Positions 21,312 through 29,887 of a stretch of 64,000 nt of DNA are shown piece after piece; the first letter of the stretch is position 1, and the number at the start of each line of letters is the position of its first letter. Source of the stretch: an uncultured Chitinophagales bacterium (lineage in GTDB: Bacteria > Bacteroidota > Bacteroidia > Chitinophagales > BACL12); contig CAZXBG010000001.1 of assembly GCA_964638865.1 (NCBI GenBank), positions 18,223 through 82,222 of the forward strand, given 5' to 3'. Both the position numbers and the translations under genes were made by a program. The notes under the pieces are model-generated. The model saw only the letters and a list, made by a program, of their open reading frames with translations, did no database searches and was not told the DNA's origin.

Positions 21312-24300
21312 ATGATCAAAAAAAATCACTTTTTTTTATTGTTGTTTGGGTTTGCGATGTTATTTCAAAAAACATACGCACAAACAGCATTTACGCCCGG
21401 CAACATCGTTGTTTATCGGGTAGGGAGTGGAGTAGGCTCTTTGGTAAATACAGGAAATGCTGTGTTTATGGATGAGTATACTACTGCAGGCGTTCTTGTT
21501 CAATCTGTTGCATTACCTACTGCTGTTAGTGGTGCTGATAAAAGGCTTATTGCCAGTGGAACTGCAACCTCAGAAGGCGGTTTAGCGAGATCGGCAGACG
21601 GTAGTTGTTTATTACTTACCGGATACGATGCAACACCTGGTGGTGCAACTTCATTAAGCGGAACTACTGCAGCATCGGTAAATCGTGTTGTTGGTATTGT
21701 ATATGCAAATGGAACGGTTGATACCAAAACTGCACTAACAGATTTTGCTTCAGCAAATAACCCAAGATCAGCAATTTCTTCCAATGGTACCGATATTTGG
21801 GTAACAGGTGGCGCCGGTGGTGTTCGTTATACTACCGCAGCAAGTACTACCTCCAGCGATCTTTCCAGTGCAACACTTGCGAATTTGCGTGTTGTTCAAA
21901 TTTTCGACAATCAATTGTATTTCTCCACAGCAAGTGGAACTACCTATAGAATAGGTACGGTTGGAACAGGTTTACCTACAAGCGGATTACAAACGCTTAC
22001 ACATTTAACCGGAATCCCAAATACAACCGGTTCGCCTTATGGCTATTTTATGGCTGACCTTGATGGTGTTCCCGGTGTTGATGTTATTTACGTTGCGGAT
22101 GATGGCGCAAATGCTTTAAGAAAATATTCGTTAGTAGCAGGTACCTGGACATTAAACGGAACTATTGGTGTTGATGCGGATGATTACAGAGGAGTAACAG
22201 GAACTGTTAACGGCTCTACTGTAACACTTTATTGCACAAGAAAAGGTGGCTCAGGCATTTCCGGTGGTGGAGAGATTGTTACTTTAACCGATGCATCCGG
22301 ATACAACGGTGCATTTTCAGGATCTCCTGTTTTATTATTTACCGCAGCTACAAATACTGCAATAAGAGGTATCGCTTTAGCTCCGGAAGCTATTTGCACA
22401 CCATCTAACTGGTATGCTGATGCAGACGGAGATAACTTTGGTGATGTTTCTGTTTCTGTTTCAGCATGTATAGCTCCTTTAGGATATGTTGCTGATGCTA
22501 CTGATTGTAATGATGCGGATTCACTAGTAAATCCTTCTGCAGCTGAAATATGTAATAGTGTTGATGATAATTGCGATGGCATAGTTGATGAAGATTTTGT
22601 TAACCCTATAATTAGTTTTGCTTCAAGCGTATTGGCTGCAGGTTTAACCGGGCCGAGCAGTTCACAAAATCCATATCTTACTCCACTTAAACCGGGAGTT
22701 CAATTTACTTCTGTTTTAACCGCTAACGATAATATTGGTGGATATACAGCTGTAGGTCTTATGGATGGACTTGGTGCTTATGATAATGGCGATGGTACTT
22801 TTACCATTTTAGTGAATCATGAAATTGGAAGTACACTTGGTGTGGTTCGCGATCATGGTTTTATTGGAACTTTTGTTTCAAAATGGATTGTAAATATTGC
22901 TGATCTTTCAGTAGTTAGCGGAAGCGACCTTATGCAAAATGCATTTGTTTGGAATACTACCACTAATTCTTACGACCCTGCATCTGCGGCATTCAGTCGT
23001 TTTTGTTCTGCGGATCTTCCTGTTGAAAGTGCATTTTATAATGCAGTGAGCGGAAACGGTACACAAGAACGTATTTTTATGAATGGTGAAGAATCAGGTA
23101 ATGAAGGACGCCAGTTTGCACATATTGTAACAGGACCAAATGCAGGTAACTCTTACGAATTGCCGCATCTTGGAAAAGCCGGTTGGGAAAATTCTGTTGC
23201 CAATCCAACAATGCAGGATAAAACTATTGTTGCCGAACTTGATGACAATACAACAAATGGTCAGGTATATTTTTATATCGGAACAAAAACAAACAGTGGA
23301 ATTGAAATTGACAAAGCCGGACTTACAAACGGAAATATTTTTGGTGTGATAGTAAGCGGTCTTGGAACAGAATCTTCTTTGAGCGTTCCTGCTCCCGGAA
23401 CTGCATTTTCGCTTACAAATTTAGGTTCCGTTCAAAATTTAACCGGAGCAACCTTAAATACCAATTCAATAACAGCCGGTGTTACTAATTTTCTTCGTCC
23501 GGAAGATGGCGTTTGGGATTTAAATGATGCTTCCATATTTTATTTTGTAACTACCAATTCATTTACAGCTCCGAGCCGTTTATGGAAATTAGATTTTACA
23601 GATATTACAAATCCTGAATTAGGTGGAACAATTACTGCCTTATTAGAAGGTACAGAAGGTCAGAAAATGTTTGATAATATCACTATTGATAATTACGGTA
23701 ATCTTATTATTCAGGAAGATCCGGGTAATCAAAAATATCTTGCCCGTATTTGGGAATATAATATAGCAACTGATGCATTAATTGAAATTGCGAAACACGA
23801 CGATTCAAGATTTATAGTTGGTGGCGCAAATTATCTTACACAAGATGAAGAATCATCCGGAATAATTGATGTTTCCAGTATTCTTGGGCCAGGAATGTTC
23901 TTAATTGACGATCAGGCACATTATGCTATTACAGGAGAAGTTGTTGAAGGTGGTCAATTATTAGTAATGTATAATCCTGATTCTGAAACCGGAATATATA
24001 CAGCTACTGATACTGTTAATTTAAATACCAATACTGCATGCTCCGCAACAGGTGCAAGCCTTGGTACTCCAATTACTTCTGATAATTGTATGGTAGCAAG
24101 TGTTACAAATGATGCTCCTGCTGCGTTCCCTTTAGGAACAACTACAGTAACCTGGACAGTTACCGATGCTTATGGAAATATGACAACAGGAACACAAATT
24201 GTTATTGTAACTGATGCTGTATTACCTACTATTACTGCACCGGCTGCTATTTCTATTGCTGCAGATATTACATGTAGCGCAACAGGTGTTGTTTTAGGAA

Positions 24301-25619
24301 CTCCAATTACAGCAGACAATTGTGGAGTTGCGAGTGTTACCAATAACGCTCCTGCTATTTTTCCTTTAGGTGCTACTACAGTAACCTGGACAGTTACAGA
24401 TATAAATGGTAATGTAATTACTGCAACACAAATTGTAACTGTTACCGGAACACAATCTACTTATTATGCAGATGTTGATGGCGATACTTATGGTGATCTT
24501 GCTTCTACTACACTTGCATGTTTAACACCAGCAGGATATGTATTAAATAGCACAGATTGTAACGATGGAAATTCAACAATTAATCCGGGTGCTACTGAAA
24601 TTTGCAACGGAATTGATGATAATTGTGATGGTACTATTGATGAAGGTGTTGAAACTACATTCTATGCTGACGCTGATGGCGACAGTTATGGCGATGCGGC
24701 TTCTACCACTTTAGCATGTTCAGTTCCTGTAGGATATGTTACAGACAATACAGATTGTAACGATACTAACACTGCGGTTAATCCGGGTGCTACTGAAATT
24801 TGCAACGGAATAGATGATAATTGTGATGGCAATACCGATGATAATGTAATTGAAGCTGCAATTACGCCTGCCGGACCTACAAGTTTCTGTAAGGGAGGTA
24901 ATGTTACTTTGAATGCAAATTCAGGTGTAGGATATACTTATCAGTGGAAAAGAAATGGCAATATCATTGCTGCTGCTACAAATGCTTTTTATGCTACGAA
25001 CAAAGCCGGCAGTTATACTGTATCAGTTACAATTCCGGGTGGATGTTCCGATGAATCAGCAATTACAAATATTACTGTTTTATCTACACCAAATCCAATT
25101 GTTACCAATCTTATCGGTACTACTAATTTATGTGGATTAACATCTATTAAATTAAAAGTAAATGGCGGGGCTGGTCTTTCCTATCAATGGCATAGAAATG
25201 GAACACCTATTATAGGTGCAACCAATATAACCTATTTCGTTACTACTGTGGGTAATTATTTTGTAGTGGTTACAAATACTGCAACAGGTTGCAGTAAAAA
25301 TTCTGCGCATACTATAATTACTAATTCTTGCAAAGAAACAGATGTAGTGTCAAATAAAGAAGGGATGCAAATTTATCCTAACCCTACCTCTTCAACATTT
25401 AATGTTGACCTTACAATAACAAATGCAACAGAAAATACAGCAACAATTATAGTTTACAATATGATTGGTGAAGTAGTATATCAAAATACTGCATCTGTAA
25501 TTGATAATAACATGCAAGCTCAGGTTTCACTTGACAATGTTGTTTCAGGCGGAATGTATATAGTTAAAGTAATTGCAGGTAATAAAACATTTGAAAAGAA
25601 TGTTGTAATTACAAAGTAA
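21312..25619 (+). CDS. 1435-aa mosaic T9SS-sorted surface protein. Domains in order: unknown N-terminal domain, 3 Cys/Asp-rich MopE-type putative metal-binding motifs, a DUF839/PhoX-like beta-propeller, 2 HYR domains, 2 Ig-like modules and a Por CTD.
   Basis: - Signal peptide: MIKKNHFFLLLFGFAMLFQKTYAQ.
- MopE-type motif (x3): YADADGDNFGD...CNDAD..NP.A.EICN..DDNCDG.
- PhoX/DUF839-like: NHEIG...FMNGEESG.EGR...FDNITIDNYGNLIIQEDPGN.
- HYR (x2): CSATG..LGTPIT.DNC.VASVTN.AP..FPLG.TTVTWTVTD.
- Ig-like modules: YQWKRNG / YQWHRNG.
- C-terminal CTD: MQIYPNPTSSTFNV...GGMYIVKV. Confidence 0.85.
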   Translation: MIKKNHFFLLLFGFAMLFQKTYAQTAFTPGNIVVYRVGSGVGSLVNTGNAVFMDEYTTAGVLVQSVALPTAVSGADKRLIASGTATSEGGLARSADGSCLLLTGYDATPGGATSLSGTTAASVNRVVGIVYANGTVDTKTALTDFASANNPRSAISSNGTDIWVTGGAGGVRYTTAASTTSSDLSSATLANLRVVQIFDNQLYFSTASGTTYRIGTVGTGLPTSGLQTLTHLTGIPNTTGSPYGYFMADLDGVPGVDVIYVADDGANALRKYSLVAGTWTLNGTIGVDADDYRGVTGTVNGSTVTLYCTRKGGSGISGGGEIVTLTDASGYNGAFSGSPVLLFTAATNTAIRGIALAPEAICTPSNWYADADGDNFGDVSVSVSACIAPLGYVADATDCNDADSLVNPSAAEICNSVDDNCDGIVDEDFVNPIISFASSVLAAGLTGPSSSQNPYLTPLKPGVQFTSVLTANDNIGGYTAVGLMDGLGAYDNGDGTFTILVNHEIGSTLGVVRDHGFIGTFVSKWIVNIADLSVVSGSDLMQNAFVWNTTTNSYDPASAAFSRFCSADLPVESAFYNAVSGNGTQERIFMNGEESGNEGRQFAHIVTGPNAGNSYELPHLGKAGWENSVANPTMQDKTIVAELDDNTTNGQVYFYIGTKTNSGIEIDKAGLTNGNIFGVIVSGLGTESSLSVPAPGTAFSLTNLGSVQNLTGATLNTNSITAGVTNFLRPEDGVWDLNDASIFYFVTTNSFTAPSRLWKLDFTDITNPELGGTITALLEGTEGQKMFDNITIDNYGNLIIQEDPGNQKYLARIWEYNIATDALIEIAKHDDSRFIVGGANYLTQDEESSGIIDVSSILGPGMFLIDDQAHYAITGEVVEGGQLLVMYNPDSETGIYTATDTVNLNTNTACSATGASLGTPITSDNCMVASVTNDAPAAFPLGTTTVTWTVTDAYGNMTTGTQIVIVTDAVLPTITAPAAISIAADITCSATGVVLGTPITADNCGVASVTNNAPAIFPLGATTVTWTVTDINGNVITATQIVTVTGTQSTYYADVDGDTYGDLASTTLACLTPAGYVLNSTDCNDGNSTINPGATEICNGIDDNCDGTIDEGVETTFYADADGDSYGDAASTTLACSVPVGYVTDNTDCNDTNTAVNPGATEICNGIDDNCDGNTDDNVIEAAITPAGPTSFCKGGNVTLNANSGVGYTYQWKRNGNIIAAATNAFYATNKAGSYTVSVTIPGGCSDESAITNITVLSTPNPIVTNLIGTTNLCGLTSIKLKVNGGAGLSYQWHRNGTPIIGATNITYFVTTVGNYFVVVTNTATGCSKNSAHTIITNSCKETDVVSNKEGMQIYPNPTSSTFNVDLTITNATENTATIIVYNMIGEVVYQNTASVIDNNMQAQVSLDNVVSGGMYIVKVIAGNKTFEKNVVITK

Positions 25620-25645
25620 TTTGATTTAGAAATACATGTTAGTGT

Positions 25646-25678
25646 AACCCGCAGGTATTAAACCCTGCGGGTTTTTTG
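25646..25678 (+). terminator. Rho-independent terminator after the 1435-aa gene
   Basis: AACCCGCAGG - 8-nt loop - CCTGCGGGTT followed by a T-run; 27 nt after the stop. Confidence 0.7.
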
Positions 25679-25813
25679 TTTTAGCTATTTGAATAAGATA
25701 AACTGAAAACGCTATTTCGTAAAAGCATTACCGAATTCCAAAAAAAAATAATGATCATGTAAGGAACTGTGAAACAGCAAATTAAAAATTAAATAAGTGC
25801 AATGCAATATGCA

Positions 25814-26737
25814 CTACAAACAAGTAACCAAATCTGCATACCACTGCAAAGTCCAGTTGGTAGAAGAATAGAAATTATCTGTTGATCCACCCGGTCCGTA
25901 TACATAACCCGGTGTTATTTCGCTATATCCAAAATCGGCATAAGGTGTGCAGTCAAAATTTTCCTGAGCACCTGTCCAGGTTTCTATTGTTACGGGGCCG
26001 TCAAACATACTCGGATCCATTACAAATTTTTTGAGCTGATGTGCATCCCGCACTGTTACAAGTGGAGCAACGTGATACCACCAATACACACAACAATCAC
26101 CTGCATCAACTGCAAGATAACCTGTAGCACCTTCATAACTAAATACCTTTTCGCAGGAATATCCAAATTCATTTTCCATAATCTGACGCATTTTATGGGC
26201 GCGGGCATAACAACCATCCACTACATATTGAAAGGTTATGCAATAATCTATTGTAGCGGTTCCGGTAGCACAACCCTGCTGTTTAAAGTATTCGAACATT
26301 TCATTCAGGGTCTCCATATCAGGAACTATTTTTTTGATAGTTGCAGGAGGTGGAACTATAACTTTGGCATTATTGAAATTTTGTATGTCTTCAGCCGATG
26401 CCTTTTGCGCTGCAGTAATGGTTACAACCGGCAACTGTTCGTTTTCCGTAAAGACTCTTAAAGGCGATTTAGCTAGTTGATTATCGTCTAACATACTTTT
26501 TATGGTTTCAAAGTCGGGGTTGTTTTTTGGCAGGTCGAATATGCGTGGAGATTCGTAAAAACGCACCTGAATGGAAGCCCCGTCTGGTGATTCGCGGTAA
26601 TAGGCCGGCGTAAAAAGTTTATAATCTGCAACGGCAATAGTTTGAGGCGGATCTGTGTTAAAGTCCGAAGAACGTTGACATCCGTAAAATAAAAAAGATG
26701 TCAAAAGGAGCAATGTGGAAAGGCGTAAAAGTTTCAT
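25814..26737 (-). CDS. Protein-glutamine glutaminase (protein-glutaminase family) pre-pro-enzyme, lipoprotein-type signal
   Basis: The signal is MKLLRLSTLLLLTSFLFYGC. The mature region ..CITFQYVVDGCYARAHKMRQIM...CCVYWWYHVAPLV....MDPSMFDGPVT closely parallels the Chryseobacterium proteolyticum protein-glutaminase as I recall it (..CITFRYPVDGCYARAHKMRQIL..CCVAWSYHVAILV..IDPSLFSSGPVT). The Cys-His-Asp triad positions are conserved. Confidence 0.75.
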   Translation of the reverse strand: MKLLRLSTLLLLTSFLFYGCQRSSDFNTDPPQTIAVADYKLFTPAYYRESPDGASIQVRFYESPRIFDLPKNNPDFETIKSMLDDNQLAKSPLRVFTENEQLPVVTITAAQKASAEDIQNFNNAKVIVPPPATIKKIVPDMETLNEMFEYFKQQGCATGTATIDYCITFQYVVDGCYARAHKMRQIMENEFGYSCEKVFSYEGATGYLAVDAGDCCVYWWYHVAPLVTVRDAHQLKKFVMDPSMFDGPVTIETWTGAQENFDCTPYADFGYSEITPGYVYGPGGSTDNFYSSTNWTLQWYADLVTCL

Positions 26738-26908
26738 TGGTTAGTATTTATGAAGTAAATATAAACTGATAATTCGAGTTTTAAAATGATATTAACAAAA
26801 TAAGTCTGTTTGATCCCGGTAAGATTGCACCGTTTTTCATTAGATTCTGCATTTCCCTGCAATCATACTCCCCTAATTTTAACAAGTTTTAATTTCTAAT
26901 TTTACATC

Positions 26909-27742
26909 ATGTCTGTTTTTATTGCATCGCTCAACAGTGGAAGTAATGGTAATTGTTATTATATCGGCAACAGTGATGAAGCTGTGCTGATAGATGCAGG
27001 ATTAAGTGCCCGGGAAACCTTGTTTCGCATGCAACAACTCGGACTGGATGCAGGCAAACTAAAAGCGATATTTATTTCCCACGAACACACTGATCATATT
27101 AGCGGTCTGGAGCAACTGCATAAAAAATTAAATATTCCCGTTTTTATCACCCCCAAAACAAGAAGAAACAGCCGGCTGAAATTGAACCCTGAACTGGTAA
27201 ATACATTTACCAAAAATGACCCTGTTTGCATTGGAGAACTGCGTATTATTCCCTTCAGCAAAAGTCATGATGCAAATGATCCGCATAGCTTTTTGGTTAC
27301 TTGTGACAATATTCAGGTGGGTGTTTTCACCGATATCGGGTACCCATGCGAAGAGGTAATTCATTATTTCAGACAATGTGATGCTGTTTTTTTAGAAAGT
27401 AATTATTGCGAAAAAATGCTGGAGGAAGGAAATTATCCTCGTTTTTTAAAAAACCGCATAAGTGGCAAAAAAGGCCATTTAAGTAATACGCAGGCACTGG
27501 AATTATTCCTACAACACCGGAACCGGAATGCAAAACTCCTCTTGTTATCTCATCTTTCAAAAAATAATAATGCGCCCGAAACCGCACTTGCACTTTTTAA
27601 ACCGCATCTTGGTAAAGTAAAAATAGTTGTTGCCGGACGCGAAGCAGCTACGGAACTATTTACTCTGCCTGGTCAAAAATCGAAAGATGCTATTCCCTTG
27701 CAGCTATTCAGCAAACCTGCAGAACAGTTATTCTTGTTTTAG
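26909..27742 (+). CDS. MBL-fold metallo-hydrolase
   Basis: The HEHTDHISG (HxHxDH) motif is present, plus later ..SHD../..SHLS.. ligand positions. 277 aa. Confidence 0.85.
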   Translation: MSVFIASLNSGSNGNCYYIGNSDEAVLIDAGLSARETLFRMQQLGLDAGKLKAIFISHEHTDHISGLEQLHKKLNIPVFITPKTRRNSRLKLNPELVNTFTKNDPVCIGELRIIPFSKSHDANDPHSFLVTCDNIQVGVFTDIGYPCEEVIHYFRQCDAVFLESNYCEKMLEEGNYPRFLKNRISGKKGHLSNTQALELFLQHRNRNAKLLLLSHLSKNNNAPETALALFKPHLGKVKIVVAGREAATELFTLPGQKSKDAIPLQLFSKPAEQLFLF

Positions 27743-27866
27743 GGTGCCTTTTTGCTCAGTGTGGGATTTCGAACTTAACTAAGTTAACACATTAGTTATT
27801 AGCTACTGCTCGGTAATATTTTTGTCCCTCCCATTTGTATCTTTGAGCGGTACAAAACGTTAACTG

Positions 27867-29183
27867 ATGAAATACCTACCAATAGACGCTCAGCTATTCA
27901 TATCGAACAGGACAAAATTTACTGCAGCATTAAAACCCAACAGCATTGCCATTTTTCACAGCAACGACGAAATGCCCACCAATGCAGACCAGTTTCACCC
28001 ATTCAAACAAAACAGCGATATATTTTATTTAAGTGGAATTGATCAGGAGGATACCATTCTGTTTTTATACCCTGATTGTCCCATCCCAAAGTACCGTGAG
28101 GCTATTTTTCTTAAAAAAACCAATGCGCATATAGCAGTTTGGGAAGGACATAAATATACCGAACAGGAAGCAACAGCTGCAAGTGGAATTACTACTATTC
28201 AATGGAGGGAAGAATTTTCTGCTATGTTTAATATGTTGATGAATCATGCGGAAAATATTTATCTCAATTCTAATGAAAATGACCGAGCATCAATTTTAGT
28301 GCCTTCACGAGATGCAAGATTTACGCAGGAAACGAAAATTCGATTCCCATTACACAATTTTTATCGCAGTGCACCAATCATGGCAACATTGCGAAGCAGT
28401 AAAAATGAATTCGAAAAAGAATTAGTTCAAATAGCTTGCGACATTACTACAGGTGCATTTAAAAGAGTAATGAAATTTGTGAAGCCGGGAGTAATGGAAT
28501 TTGAAGTAGAGGCAGAAATATTACATGAATTTATTCGCAACCGCGCATCGCGTCTTGCTTATGGGAGTATAATTGCCAGTGGTGCAAATGCCTGCGTATT
28601 GCACTATGTAGATAACAATCTGGAATGTAAGGACGGTGATCTTATATTAATGGATTTTGGTGCGGAATATGCAAATTATTGTGCTGATCTTACAAGAACA
28701 ATTCCTGTTAACGGACGATTTACGCCGCGCCAAAAAGACGTGTATAATGCAGTATTACGCGTGCAAAAAGAAGCAATTAAAATGATGCATGTAGGAATGA
28801 TATTAAAAGAATTTAACAGTGAAGTTGGAAAAGTAATGGAGAGTGAATTATTGGGGCTAGGATTAATAAGCACAGTGGATATTAAAAATCAAGATCCTGA
28901 AAATCCGGCATACAAAAAATATTTTATGCATGGAACAGGTCATCATTTGGGATTGGATGTGCATGATATTGGAGATCATTACGCACCACTTCCCTCCGGC
29001 GCAATTTTAACCTGCGAACCCGGTATTTATATTCCGGAAGAAAATATTGGCGTGCGTATCGAAAATGATATTATGATAACCGACTCAGGAAAATATGATT
29101 TTATGAAAGATTGTCCTGCTGAGGTGGAGGAAATTGAAGAATATATGAACCATTTTCAGAATGCAGATTTTGTTTCAATATAA
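27867..29183 (+). CDS. pepP: Xaa-Pro aminopeptidase (M24B)
   Basis: 438 aa, with an N-terminal creatinase-like domain. M24 metal ligands are present: ..GDLILMDFGAEY..YCADLTRT.., HGTGHHLGLDVHD, ..LTCEPGIY..., GVRIENDI. Confidence 0.88.
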   Translation: MKYLPIDAQLFISNRTKFTAALKPNSIAIFHSNDEMPTNADQFHPFKQNSDIFYLSGIDQEDTILFLYPDCPIPKYREAIFLKKTNAHIAVWEGHKYTEQEATAASGITTIQWREEFSAMFNMLMNHAENIYLNSNENDRASILVPSRDARFTQETKIRFPLHNFYRSAPIMATLRSSKNEFEKELVQIACDITTGAFKRVMKFVKPGVMEFEVEAEILHEFIRNRASRLAYGSIIASGANACVLHYVDNNLECKDGDLILMDFGAEYANYCADLTRTIPVNGRFTPRQKDVYNAVLRVQKEAIKMMHVGMILKEFNSEVGKVMESELLGLGLISTVDIKNQDPENPAYKKYFMHGTGHHLGLDVHDIGDHYAPLPSGAILTCEPGIYIPEENIGVRIENDIMITDSGKYDFMKDCPAEVEEIEEYMNHFQNADFVSI

Positions 29184-29210
29184 AAATTGTTAATTTTATT
29201 GTACAAAAAT

Positions 29211-29441
29211 ATGAAGGCTTTAAGCATAAAAATATCAGAACTAGAATACAATAAGTTCAGAATAGTAAAAGAAAGACTGACTTTTACCGAGTTTGTTGAA
29301 ATTATTAGCAAAAAATTACTGCGACAATCATTAATTAAGAGCATTGAAATGTCAGAAAAATATGGATTGTCTGACATGAGTATGGATGAAATTTCGGCAG
29401 AAGTTAAAGCAGTAAGAAAAAATGCAAAAAATCGTAATTGA
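29211..29441 (+). CDS. Small antitoxin-like protein upstream of the PIN toxin
   Basis: 76 aa from the ATG at 29211 (the track starts at TTG 29187). It overlaps the PIN ORF by 20 nt, which is typical toxin-antitoxin architecture. I recognise no family. Confidence 0.45.
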   Translation: MKALSIKISELEYNKFRIVKERLTFTEFVEIISKKLLRQSLIKSIEMSEKYGLSDMSMDEISAEVKAVRKNAKNRN

Positions 29442-29841
29442 TACAAATGTGATGGTTTCGGCACTTATTCAAAAGAATTATCCATTTCTTATAATAAATG
29501 ATCTTTTTATTGAAAATAAGTTTCAGCTTTGTGTTTCTGAAGCATTGTTACAAGAATATTATTCTGTTTATAATCGTCCAAAATTTAATAAATATAAAGA
29601 TTTTAATAATAATGCAAAAAATTTAATCTCTGATATTGAAATAAAATCTGTTTATTATACAGTCACAATTAGATTATCAATTATCGATGACGATGCCGAC
29701 AATAGGCTTCTGGAATTAGCTGAAATATCGAATGCTGATTACTTAATCACTTGAAATACGAATGAATTTTTATTTAGTAATTACAAAAAAACAAAAATTG
29801 TTACCCCCAAAGATTACTGGGAAAATTACAAACCAGAATAA
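29422..29841 (+). pseudogene. PIN-family toxin (TIGR00305-like) interrupted by an in-frame TGA at 29752-29754
   Basis: MQKIVIDTNVMVSALI... is a PIN N-terminal motif. The ORF stops at ..NADYLIT*. The same frame then continues NTNEFLFSNYKKTKIVTPKDYWENYKPE*, ending at 29841. This reproduces the family's usual ..YL(V/I)TG(D/N)...I.TP.(E/D)F C-terminus, with TGA standing where Gly (GGA) is expected. Confidence 0.55.
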
Positions 29842-29887
29842 ATTTAAAAAACTAATTACCTGCTACACAACAATTAATGAGTAACTA

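Noticed and set aside
29752-29754. The in-frame TGA at a conserved Gly in the PIN toxin could hint at a TGA=Gly genetic code (as in Gracilibacteria/SR1). A second in-frame stop, TAA, occurs at 51917.
   Set aside because: All 33 ribosomal-cluster genes and the long housekeeping ORFs are free of internal TGA. TGA is clearly used as a true stop, for example at secY (5504-5506), where it overlaps the map ATG. The second interrupted gene uses TAA, not TGA. Isolated nonsense mutations are the simpler explanation.
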